DNA of 64,000 nt from Felis catus (lineage: Eukaryota), in contig NC_058371.1 of assembly GCF_018350175.1 (NCBI RefSeq), positions 48,856,001-48,920,000 on the forward strand. The letters are read 5' to 3'. Below the pieces are notes generated by a model. It did no database searches. It was given only the letters and a program-made list of their open reading frames with translations, and had not been told where the DNA came from. Below are positions 48,131 through 61,211 of this stretch, one piece after another. Numbering within the stretch: the first letter of the stretch is position 1; each line of letters starts with the position of its first letter. The position numbers and the translations under genes are program-made.

Positions 48131-48199
48131 TCATACTGTAGTTTTAAGTTGCATTTTGTCTTAGAATAAAGCTGAACATCTTTTCATTTGTTTAGGGGA

Positions 48200-50045
48200 C
48201 CTTTTTTTTTCAACTGAACTATAGTTGACACACAATGTTACATTAGTTTCAGGTGTACAGCATAGTGATTTGACAAGTTTATACATTATGCTATTCTCAC
48301 CACAAATGTAGCTACCGTCTGTCACCATACGACACTATTATAATGCCATTGACTACATTCCCTATGCTGTACCTTTTATCCCCATGACTTATTTATTGCT
48401 TAATTGGAAACACTTAGGGGACATTTTTTATCTCTTTTCATAATTGCCTGTTCAGGTATTTTGTCCATTTTTCTATAGGATTTTTGGGTTTGGGTTTTCC
48501 TATTTCATCCATCCCTCAACCCCCTTCCTTCTGGTAACCATCAATTTGTTCTCTATAGTTAAGAGTCTGTTTCTTGATTTGTCTTTCTCTCTCTTTTTTT
48601 CCTTTGCTCATTTGTTTTGTTTCTTNNNNNNNNNNNNNNNNNNNNNNNNNNNNNNNNNNNNNNNNNNNNNNNNNNNNNNNNNNNNNNNNNNNNNNNNNNN
48701 NNNNNNNNNNNNNNNNNNNNNNNNNNNNNNNNNNNNNNNNNNNNNNNNNNNNNNNNNNNNNNNNNNNNNNNNNNNNNNNNNNNNNNNNNNNNNNNNNNNN
48801 NNNNNNNNNNNNNNNNNNNNNNNNNNNNNNNNNNNNNNNNNNNNNNNNNNNNNNNNNNNNNNNNNNNNNNNNNNNCCTTTGAATTAGTGTTTTTGTATTT
48901 TGTTGAGGGGGTAAATGCCCAGTGTGCAATTACTGGCTCATAGGGTAGTTCTATTTTTAACTGTTTGAGGAACCTCCATACTGTTTTCCACAGGGGCTAC
49001 AGCAGTTTACATTTCCANNNNNNNNNNNNNNNNNNNNNNNNNNNNNNNNNNNNNNNNNNNNNNNNNNNNNNNNNNNNNNNNNNNNNNNNNNNNNNNNNNN
49101 NNNNNNNNNNNNNNNNNNNNNNNNNNNNNNNNNNNNNNNNNNNNNNNNNNNNNNNNNNNNNNNNNNNNNNNNNNNNNNNNNNNNNNNNNNNNNNNNNNNN
49201 NNNNNNNNNNNNNNNNNNNNNNNNNNNNNNNTTTTTAATTGGATTATTCATTTGGGGGGTGTTGAGTTTTATACATTCTTTATATATTTTGGATATTGAC
49301 CCTCTATCAGATATGTCATTTGCAAATGAATTTTCATTTTAAATTCCATTCTGAATTTATTTTTGTGTATGGTGTAAGAAAGTGGTCCAGTGTCATTCTT
49401 TTGCATGCTGCTGTCCAGTTTTCCCACTGCCATTTGTTGGAGACTTTTTCCCATTGCATATTTTTTCCTGCTTTGTCAAAAATAAATTTTTGACACCATA
49501 TAATTGTGGGCTTATTTCTGGGTTTTCTTTTCTGTTCCATTGATCAGTGTGTCAATTTTTGTGCCATTACCATGTTTGTACAGCTTTGTAGTATAAATTG
49601 AAGTCTGAAATTGTAATACTCCAGTTTTGTTTTTCTTTTTCAAGATTGCTTTGACTATTCAGGGTCTTTTGTGGCTCCGTACACATTTTAGGATTGTNNN
49701 NNNNNNNNNNNNNNNNNNNNNNNNNNNNNNNNNNNNNNNNNNNNNNNNNNNNNNNNNNNNNNNNNNNNNNNNNNNNNNNNNNNNNNNNNNNNNNNNNNNN
49801 NNNNNNNNNNNNNNNNNNNNNNNNNNNNNNNNNNNNNNNNNNNNNNNNNNNNNNTTCATCAGGGTTGTATAGTTTTCAGAGTATAGGTCTTTCACCTCTT
49901 CGGTTAGGGTTATTCCTGAGCATCTTATTGGTTTTGGCACAGTTGCAAATGGGATTGATGCCTTAATTTCTCTTTCTACTGCTTCATCATTAGGGTGTAG
50001 AAATGCAACAGATTTCTGTACGTTGATTTTGTATTCTGGGACTAT
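48200..50045 (-). mobile_element. L1 (carnivore/L1MA-type) 3' UTR and ORF2 fragments, with three N-runs
   Basis: ORF2-like peptides [44 protein letters not shown] and GITLTEEVKDLYSENY. Confidence 0.85.
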
Positions 50046-50907
50046 GGGATTAATTCCACTTCCTGAATTTTTAAAGCTCTTTAGAAACTTGGTATGTTGC
50101 CTCTTTGTCTATAATATGTGCTATGAATATTTTCTCCCAGTTTGTGATTGACTTTGCTTTGGTCATGCCAAAGCATTGTTATTTTATTGTCATGTGGTCA
50201 AATGCATTAATCTCTTTCTTTTATTGCTTCCGGATTTTGAGGCATAGTTTTTAAAAATCCCCTCAACAGATATCTCCCAGGAATTCAGTCGTCATGATCA
50301 GCTCATACACCCCCCCCCCCCCCCACCGCGACACACACCCACACTTCCCAGGACAGAAGTACTGGGTGGCTCCATCCTTAAACACCCACTCTGGCTCACT
50401 CTGCCTATTTTGGGTGTCTTTCTCCTCATCATTTCTAAAAGACCAGGTCCTGGAAGGAGGAGGAGGTATGAGGTGTCTGGGGGAACAAGAGCAATCTTCT
50501 GATTGAGGGAATCCATCACCTAGGTCTTACTTAGGGAACACATGGCCCCAGGGAGACCTGCTCCTCCCATGGTCCCTTCCACACCCTGGCAGGTCCCGGA
50601 TGAGGCAGCACGTGAGGCAGAGGTCTGTGACCATTTCCACCATTCTGTATTCTCTTTGTTCCCACTTCCTCCTTTCTGCAGCTCCCCCAGCTGGGCTGCA
50701 TGCAGAGTCTTGTAGATTCACACTTGACCGTGGAGCAGAGGAATTCTGCTTGGGTTACCATGTGCCAGGGAATGGAAGGATGCTGAGAGGGGTCAGGCAG
50801 CCAGAGCTTATTCCTTCTGATTCCATCCCAGGGCTTTGAGCAAGGTACAGAGCAAGGAGGCAGCAGAGCTGTCCTGTGGATCTTTACTGGCTTGTGGGAG
50901 ATCATGA

Positions 50908-51282
<375 letters not shown>

Positions 51283-51655
51283 TGACTTACCTCTCCTCAT
51301 GGCTTCAAAATCCTTTCCCCATTGCTTCCTGGAGGGGGAAGGGCAGAGTTGCATTGGCCTGGGTTATATAGTATGGATGATGTCAAAGTCTGACACAAGT
51401 GACATCTGTCTCTAGGGCTCCTCCTGAGACCTGTCAGGGACCTCTGCCATCTCCCCCAGGACCCGTCCTCTAGCTGGCCCAGAACTGTCCCCTTCACCAT
51501 ATCCCATGCCACCCAAGTGGTTTGACCACTTAGCCCACAGGACCCACCTTAGCATTTGGATAGTGTCAGAAACCAATGCCACCTGAACTGTTACTTAGAG
51601 TAGAGTTCAGTGGGTTCTGGTTAGATTAGAGCAGCTGTTCTCAACCTTGGCTGTA

Positions 51656-51877
51656 TTTTTTTTTTAATATATAACATTTATTTATTTTTGAGAGACAGAG
51701 AGAGACAGAGCATGAGCAGGGGAGGGGCAGAGAGAGAAGGAGACATAGAATCCAAAGCAGGCTCCAGGCTCTGAGCTGTCAGCACAGAGCCCGACGCCGG
51801 GCTCAAACCCACCAACAGTGAGATCATGACCTGAGCCGAAGTCGGATGCCCAACCGACTGAGACCCCCAGGCACCCC
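51656..51877 (-). mobile_element. Can-SINE inside a MER5-like element
   Basis: TSD caacct(tg/ca)gctgtat. Confidence 0.9.
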
Positions 51878-52627
51878 AACCTCAGCTGTATATTGTAACC
51901 ATGCCAGGATGCCTGTGACCAGCCTTCAGAAATTCTGATTTCTTTCAGTCTGGAATGCAAAGGAGGCATCAGGAATTTTAAAACATTCCCAGTACTCATA
52001 ATATGCAGCTGAAGCCAAATCCGCCTTAGAAATGTCACAACCGGGGACATCACTGCATGCCTCCTGGACGTTGGCCATGCGCCCGAGTAGCCAGAACACC
52101 TGGCTTCTTTCTTCTTCCATACCAGGGACCCAACTGGTGGACTGGAACCATTTGTTCCATTTCCAGGAGAACTGTTCGTTACCCGAAAAGTTTGGGGACT
52201 GAGGGGTTTCCCAGGGTGTGTGACTGGTTTTCCCCATGCTGAGAAATTCCCACAACAGGAGACTTTCAGTGCTAAAGCCCGGAAAGTCGGAGGCAAATTG
52301 AAACAAGTTGGTCATCCAGTGGTGAAACAAAGCCGACTGCCCTGTCTTATGTACCATCGTAAGGCCAATGCATCAGGAAGAGGTGTCTTCCCACACCATG
52401 GGCTGATTGATGTTGCCATAAGGGACACGGGTGGCAGTCATGGGGCTGTTCTTGGAAGACCCCGACTCTGGTCTCTTCTATTTCTCAAAGCTCAAGCACC
52501 TAGAGAAAACACAGGGAGATGGGCAGACATGAAAATGGAGAACAACTCCCTTCCTGGAGGCTGGTTTGATATGTGATGAGACAGGTCAGAGTAGGAACAT
52601 GAAACTGTCCCTTCGCCTGCAGCCTGA

Positions 52628-52861
<234 letters not shown>

Positions 52862-54847
52862 TGAATTCCGGTCAATTCGTAGCTGTGTGGCTCTGAGCAA
52901 GGCACTTGCCCTCTAGGGAGTCTGTTTTCCTACTGGGAAAATGAGAGGACAGGACCAGCTCAACGGTTCCCAGTTCCAGCTCCATGTGAGAATCACCTGG
53001 GAGCTTTAAAAGCTACCGATTCTGTGCCCCAGCCCAGGTAATGTCCATCCAGGGTTGAGATCACTCTGTTGGCAATGTCTAAGCCCCTTCCATGGTCTTT
53101 GTGAGTGTTCCTCAAAGTGAGGTTGGATGCCTGCCTGCATCAGGATCGCCCCCCAGTATTTGTTAAAATGCAAATTCCTGAGTCTCGCTGGAACCTATGG
53201 AATGAGAGTCCTGCAGGCGAAGCCCAGGGACCTGGAGTTTGGCGGCTCTCATAAGCACTACAGCTTGTACGACCATGGTAGCCAACCCAGATGATGGCGC
53301 ACAGCCAAGTTCGGGCAACCCTGCCTTCTGGATGCTAATAGATTACGGTAAACTGAGGGGAACAGATGTGACAGCTTCTCACTGCAGTCCCATTACACTC
53401 AGCTTCAGATTTTAAAAAATCCAGATGTTACTAAGGGCAGCCAATAGGTTTGCTAAAGAGCAGCCAGTAGGTTTGCTTGTTCCTGTGGCCTAGATATTGG
53501 GGACAAGGCCGGGACGCAGGTGAGACAAGTGAGGAGCAGGGTGGGGTGCCTCAGTCCAGGTGCCGCCCCCGCACTTGTGTGACCCTGAGAGTGAGCGCCT
53601 CCCTAAATGGGAGCACCTGGTCCCAGTCCTGGCTAAAGATATTCAGCCGCTGGCTCGCTTGGCTTGAGGGCACAAGGTCAGCATGTTAATGACTTGAATG
53701 GACACTCTTGTCATAATGCAGGAATCCTAAAGGTGTTGAGGAATCTAACACAAGCCGAGCACCTACTTTGTGCCAGGTAAAGGGAGCATCAGGATGAGGC
53801 CCTTACGTTTCGTCATCAGAAGGAGCAGTTCTCAGTTTTGTCTGGACCTTAAAAGGCATTTAAAATGCCTAATGGCAGGGTTCCTGGCTCCAGATGAATG
53901 AAATCATAATCTCTGGATAGGACCCAGGCCTTACTAAACTATAGAAGCTTCTCAGGTAATTCCAGAGTGCAACCAGGTTGGAGGACCATTGATTTCAAGA
54001 ACTTTCCAAGCCCCTCACCTGGGTCAGCCCCGCCTTTTCCTGCTAAATCACTTTGTGGGGCTTGGCCTCTCAGAAAGTAGCCAAAATCCTGGGCCAGAGG
54101 AGGTGGGGAGCTGCGGGCCACCATTCTGAGGTGGCAAACTGGACATCAGGGAACCTCCAGAGGTTCCTGGTCAGGCCTTTTAGGGCCTCAGCTCCCGGCA
54201 CCCGCAGGTCCATTAATAAAGCTCCAGTAGCCACAAACCTGAGCCCAGAGCAGAACACAGGCACGACCACACTTCAGAAGCTATGGACAGTCATCGGTGC
54301 CCACTAGCTGCTAGGCACCATCATATACATGATATCCGTGAGTCATCTTAACCAGCCCCGAAACGGGAGGCTGCCCTCGTTCACATACCTGGAGAGGTGA
54401 AATGATTTGCCCTAAGATCCAGAATGAATGAGCAGAAGATTGTAATAATTGGGGGCGAGGAGTGCATTTGGGGACTCCTGGGAGAACTTTAGGTTTCCTT
54501 TTGTGCTTTTGCCTCCAGCCTGGGCCTTCAAAGTCCCCAGAGCAGGGTGGACTGGGCACCGTCCTGGCCTGGCTGGTAGGTGCTCGATAATATTTGTCAA
54601 ATGAATGACTAGAGATTTGTGAGTACATATGTGGATGGTCCTAGTCAAGGCATTATGGTCAGGACTGTGGATAAAGTCTGGAGGATTGAGCAAAATCCAT
54701 CTTCCTTGCAGGGAAATGAAAATTCACTTATTCATTTAATCAAGTATTTGTTGCATGCATACTATAAGCCAAGAACTGTATTAGGCACTGGGCATACACT
54801 GCTTAATAAAACATAGGCCTTGTCGTTATGGGGATTATAACCTGGAA

Positions 54848-55050
54848 CACGGTTTGGCAAACTTTCTGTAAAGGGCTAGGTAGTAAATATTTTAGGATTT
54901 ATGGGCCACACATGGTCTTTGTCAAAACCACTCTGCCATTGTGGAGCCAAAGCAGCCAGAGATAATATGAAAATGAATGGGGATGGCTATGTTCCAACAG
55001 AATGACATTGGGTTAAATTACATATGCAGATCCTACTTTGCCAGCCCTTG
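54848..55050. mobile_element. MER58-like hAT-Charlie MITE
   Basis: GGTTTGGCAAACTTTCTGTAAAGGGCTAGGTAGTAAATATTTTAGG...TTTGCCAGCCCT. Confidence 0.7.
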
Positions 55051-55169
55051 GTCTAGAGCAGTATCCTGTGACCTTTTTTTGACTGTGCACCCCATCAGTA
55101 AAAAAATTTGCTTTAAAATGCATCAAAAAATTAGATGGGTAGGTGAATGGATAAAAAGATAAAATGGTT

Positions 55170-55393
55170 GGGGCGCCTGGGTGGCGCAGTCGGTTAAGCA
55201 TCCGACTTCAGCCAGGTCACGATCTCGCGGTCCGTGAGTTCGAGCCCCGCGTCAGGCTCTGGGCTGATGGCTCAGAGCCTGGAGCCTGTTTCCGATTCTG
55301 TGTCTCCCTCTCTCTCTGCCCCTCCCCCGTTCATGCTCTGTCTCTCTCTGTCCCAAAAATAAATAAAAACGTTGAAAGAAAAAAAAATTAAAA
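55170..55393 (+). mobile_element. Young SINEC_Fc-type SINE
   Basis: TSD aaaaagataaaatgg. Confidence 0.93.
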
Positions 55394-55441
55394 AAAAAGA
55401 TAAAATGGACAGATGTACAATAAAGTAAATATAGTAAAATG

Positions 55442-55496
55442 TTTTTTTTGTTGTTTTTTTGTTTTTTGAGAGAGGGGGGCGCAAGTGAGCAAGGGG

Positions 55497-55537
<41 letters not shown>

Positions 55538-55748
55538 CACAAGGGGCAGTTCCATGAGGGGCCAAGAGAAAGAGAGAGAGAAGTGGGGCTCACCTGAAGC
55601 AGGGCTCATGTTTTACCTGAAGCAAGGCTCATGCTCACCTGAAGGGAGGGGGCTTGAGCTCACCCGATGTGGGACTCAAACTCATGAACCGTGAGATTAT
55701 GACCTGAGCCAAAGTAAGATGCTTGATGACTGAGCCACCCAGGCACCC
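55442..55748 (-). mobile_element. Elongated Can-SINE variant with internal module repeats
   Basis: TSD tatagtaaaatg; repeated CTCACCTGAAGCAGGGCTCATG-like units. Confidence 0.85.
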
Positions 55749-57003
55749 TATAGTAAAATGCTAATTATAGAATGTAGGCAGTTGATACATTACTGCCTAC
55801 TGTGCAAGTAGGATTGTTCAAGTCTTTTGATTACTCTTTGAAAATTTTTACAATTAAATATTGGAAAAGAAAAACCCGATAATCTCACACCTGTAAAATA
55901 TGCCTATTTATTTATAAATTATACATGTATACTCTTTTTAGTATAAGACTCAATTTTGAAAAGATGAGAAAAAAAGATCTAAAAGTAAGGAAAACAGTAT
56001 GTAATTACAGATCATGAAACCCTCTGTGAAGAAATGAACAAGGTGAATTATATGAATGAGCCCTTGGCTATTGGTTTGGAGGGGACTTTATAAAGCATTA
56101 GAATAAGAATCAAAGTCTGCACCTCTGTTTCCCTATCTATACAAGGGATTTTAACTTGGGGGAGACTCAAATGGAATGACAAATACTGTAAACTCTAAGT
56201 GCTAGTGTAATAAAATGGCATAGAACTGTTCCTAGGACCTCTCAACATGTCACTGTTACTAATTAAGTCTCAACAGCTCTCAGACATACGATATTAAAGC
56301 CCAGAGATTCCAAAAAAGTTGGAATCATGGCGTTTTGGAGCTGAGAAGAACATTAGAGGTCATCTAGCTTCATACTTGCCTTTTACAGATGATTCAGTTG
56401 AACTCCAGAAAGGTTAATTGACTTGCCCGAAGTCACCCTGCAAATCTGAGGCAAGTGTGGACGAGAAGTTGCATGACCCAGCTCTCTTGGCGGAGTTCGT
56501 TCCATCCCTGTGCACTTACCTTCCTAGGCTCTGTGGGAAACATAGGGTCTACCTCCGTCCAATCCGGGCCCTCCTCTCACTTCCTCGTCCAGCCAGACAC
56601 TTGCTAGAGAAAGCCAGGAATCCTGCTGCTGCCCAGATGTGCTGTAATCACTGGCCGGCACTGACCCCTGAGAAGGGGGTGAGACTCCCTATGCAGTGTA
56701 AGCTGATAAATCTTCTTCTAGGAGTCAGTTTGGCAACATGTATCAAAGACTTAAAAATATTAATGACCTTTGACCCATTAATTCTACTTCCAGCAATTCA
56801 TTCTAAGAGAATAACCATATACACACAACCACCAAATATAAGGATTATTTCTAGGAACAAGTGTTACTCATATTTACATATCAAGTTTTATTTGTAGGCT
56901 CAGAAAGGGAGGTGGCTTAGGTGTCCCCCAACCACAGGAGATTTTTATATAATTGCCAAATCATTTATATCGAGTATGATACACGCATTAAAAGTAATGA
57001 TTT

Positions 57004-57229
57004 AAATATTTTTAAAACATTTATTCTTTTTTGAGAGTGAGAGAGACAGAGTGTGAGTGGGGAGGAGCAGAGAGAGAGGGAGATACAGAATCCGAAGCAG
57101 ACGCCAGGCTCTGAGCTGTCAGCACAGAGCCCAACGTGGGACTCGAACTCACAGAGCCCAAGATCATGACCTGAGCTGAAGTCAGACGCTTAAGCAACTG
57201 AAGTCAGTGCTTAAGCACCCAGATGCCCC
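57004..57229 (-). mobile_element. Can-SINE
   Basis: TSD taaaagtaatgattt. Confidence 0.9.
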
Positions 57230-57710
57230 TAAAAGTAATGATTTTAAGGCGATTTAAACCTCAATGGGAAAATGTCCATGACATGACACTAGTGATGCAA
57301 AATGAAAGAAAACAGATGAGATATTCAGAACATTCCATTTTTTCTGTTGTTTTCTAAAAGAGTATACCTATATCTATGTAGCTATAGAATGATTATGGAG
57401 ATAAGTAAGAGTCTAAGAGATGCATGAAGATATTGATGGCTATTATCTCTCAGTGGTAGGATTAAGAATATTTTTATATTCTTTTTACATTTTTTTCTTA
57501 ATCTTCCCTATTCTGTCCTGTGGGGGTCAGGCCCTAGTTTTAAAATCTGGANNNNNNNNNNNNNNNNNNNNNNNNNNNNNNNNNNNNNNNNNNNNNNNNN
57601 NNNNNNNNNNNNNNNNNNNNNNNNNNNNNNNNNNNNNNNNNNNNNNNNNNNNNNNNNNNNNNNNNNNNNNNNNNNNNNNNNNTCATACTCTATATAAATG
57701 ATTTGGCAAC

Positions 57711-57711
<1 letters not shown>

Positions 57712-57744
<33 letters not shown>

Positions 57745-57777
57745 CACACACACACACATATGCATACATATATATAT
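57712..57777. repeat. (TA)n/(CA)n compound microsatellite
   Basis: Read directly. Confidence 0.9.
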
Positions 57778-57952
57778 TTAAGAGAGATGTTTAAACAGAT
57801 ATAGATCTAGATGGATATAGAATGTGTGAACTCTGGCCATAAGAAGCATCTTCCCTTACCACCACTGAAAAGCCCTGTAGAAGGATGAATGGTTTTGGTT
57901 GCAGAAAGGCTGATAAAAATACCTTCTTACCAAAAGACTGCTGTTTCTCTGA

Positions 57953-58159
<207 letters not shown>

Positions 58160-58967
58160 TGAGTGTCCCCCCACCCCCACCCCCAGACCATGGTGCCCTG
58201 GAGCAGGGAAGCCTTAAGCCACCCTCTAGGCACAAGGGAAGGGCAGCTATGACTCCCTGCCTCCCGGTTCATCCCGAGTGGGCGGCTGCCCTGGGTTTCA
58301 CCCAGGACCGGGGCCAGGGTTTCTGTGTGAGGTACAGATCTAGCCAGAGCCTACAGGTAGAGAAGGCTTGGAGGTAGACTTTGTAAAGCATTAGGAGGCA
58401 GAGAAGGAACCCAAAGACATTCCCCAGTTATTCTCAAGTATCTGAGATTATTTTCAGGATCTTCCGAAGCCTCTTGGCAAGTCTGCCCTTGCCTCACTAC
58501 TGCCTTAAAGTGTGCACAGTTCAGGATGCTGTCTATCTCCTGCGTTAGCTAGGGACATTCTCGTTCTGAGGCAGAGACAGAGGAGCCATAATAGAAGGGG
58601 TAGAGGTGGTCTGCCCTGATGGAAAGAGAAAGTACAGGCTGAGTGATGTTTGGCAGGCATCTTCTCTGTGCCTCATTTCTCATCTGACACATGGGAGAAA
58701 TAATCCCTGTACCATCTTTTCCCCATAAATGTACTGATAAGATAGCAAATATAAAAGTGTTTGCAGAAATATAAAGTTTAAATGGGCAGTTCTTGGCAAC
58801 CTTCAAAAAGTTATGAAGATATGTTCTCGAGAATTTGATGGTGAGTTGGAAAAAAAAATGTCCCAAATTCTACATTTCAAGTCATAGTAAAGACATTTGG
58901 TCAAAATAAGATTTCATAGAGATGGCAAGATTTTTCCATAAAGGATTTTATAGCAGACTTAGGATAG

Positions 58968-60227
<1,260 letters not shown>

Positions 60228-60277
60228 TAATCCAATCCTGTAGCAAATGCCTAGGGCGACTGGAAGCTTTAAAAACA

Positions 60278-60587
60278 CAGTGGTCCCCCTTTCTCTGCGG
60301 GTTCACTTTCTGCCTTCAGAAGGTCAACAGTGGCTTGACGCTACGTCACGATGCCTACATCATTTATCTCACTTCATCTCATTACTTAGGCATTTTATCG
60401 CCTCACATCATCACGAGAAGGGTGAATGCCGTACAACAGATATTCTGAGAGAAAGAGAGAGAGAGATGACATTCACAAAATGCCTAATTTATAAATTACA
60501 CTTTCTCATAGGTAAGTATACATAGGAAAGAAAGGCGATGTAAGGGAGTCTAGGAACATATCCACCGCGGATAAGGGAGGACTGCCA
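60278..60587. mobile_element. MER44/Tigger7-like MITE
   Basis: TIRs CAGTGGTCCCCCTTTCTCTGCGG and CCGCGGATAAGGGAGGACTGCCA. Confidence 0.7.
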
Positions 60588-60812
60588 TACTTACGAGGCT
60601 CTTTTGTAAAGGTGTTATGGCTCCTAACTTTGCCTGTCATACAAATCTGGATTTTCATATGTGGGTTTGTTTGATTGGGTCTACACAGAGAAATAGGCAG
60701 ATCTCGTCTTGGAAACTGTTTTCTGTCTTCCCACACCATCACTGGTGTTCTCAGCCATGTGCCCCTCATATGCCCATCACTCTGATTGTCTCTTCTCCTC
60801 TCATCTCATCCC

Positions 60813-61211
60813 TGCATTAATCAGGGTTCTTCAGAAAAACAGAATCAACAGGAGAGAGATCCTTTTAAAAACTGGCTTATGTAATTATGGAGCTGGCAAG
60901 TCCAAAATCTGTTTGGCTGATGTCCCAGTTTGAGTCAGAAGGCTGGAAGCTGCTGTAGAACTAGGAAGAGAGGATGTGTCAGTTTGAAGGCCACCAGGCA
61001 GGAGAATTCGGTCTTACTTAGGGGAGGGTCAGCCTTTTGTTCTATTAAGGCCTTCAACTGATTAGATGAGGCCCACCACGTTGTGGAGAGCAATCTGCTT
61101 TACTCAGTACTGATTTAAATATTAATTTTTTCTATAAACACCCCTGTAGACATGTCTAGAATGTCTGGCCATTTGGTGGTCCACTCAAGTTGACACATAA
61201 AATTGACCACA
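60813..61211 (-). mobile_element. MLT2-type 3' LTR of an ERVL provirus
   Basis: Reverse complement begins TGTGGTCAATTTTATGTGTCAACTTG and ends GAAGAACCCTGATTAATGCA. Confidence 0.85.

Noticed and set aside
48444-49966. ORFs containing X runs
   Set aside because: Artefacts of translating N blocks
51682-52357. 204-aa and 143-aa minus-strand ORFs
   Set aside because: They run through SINE and MER5 sequence with no protein-like features
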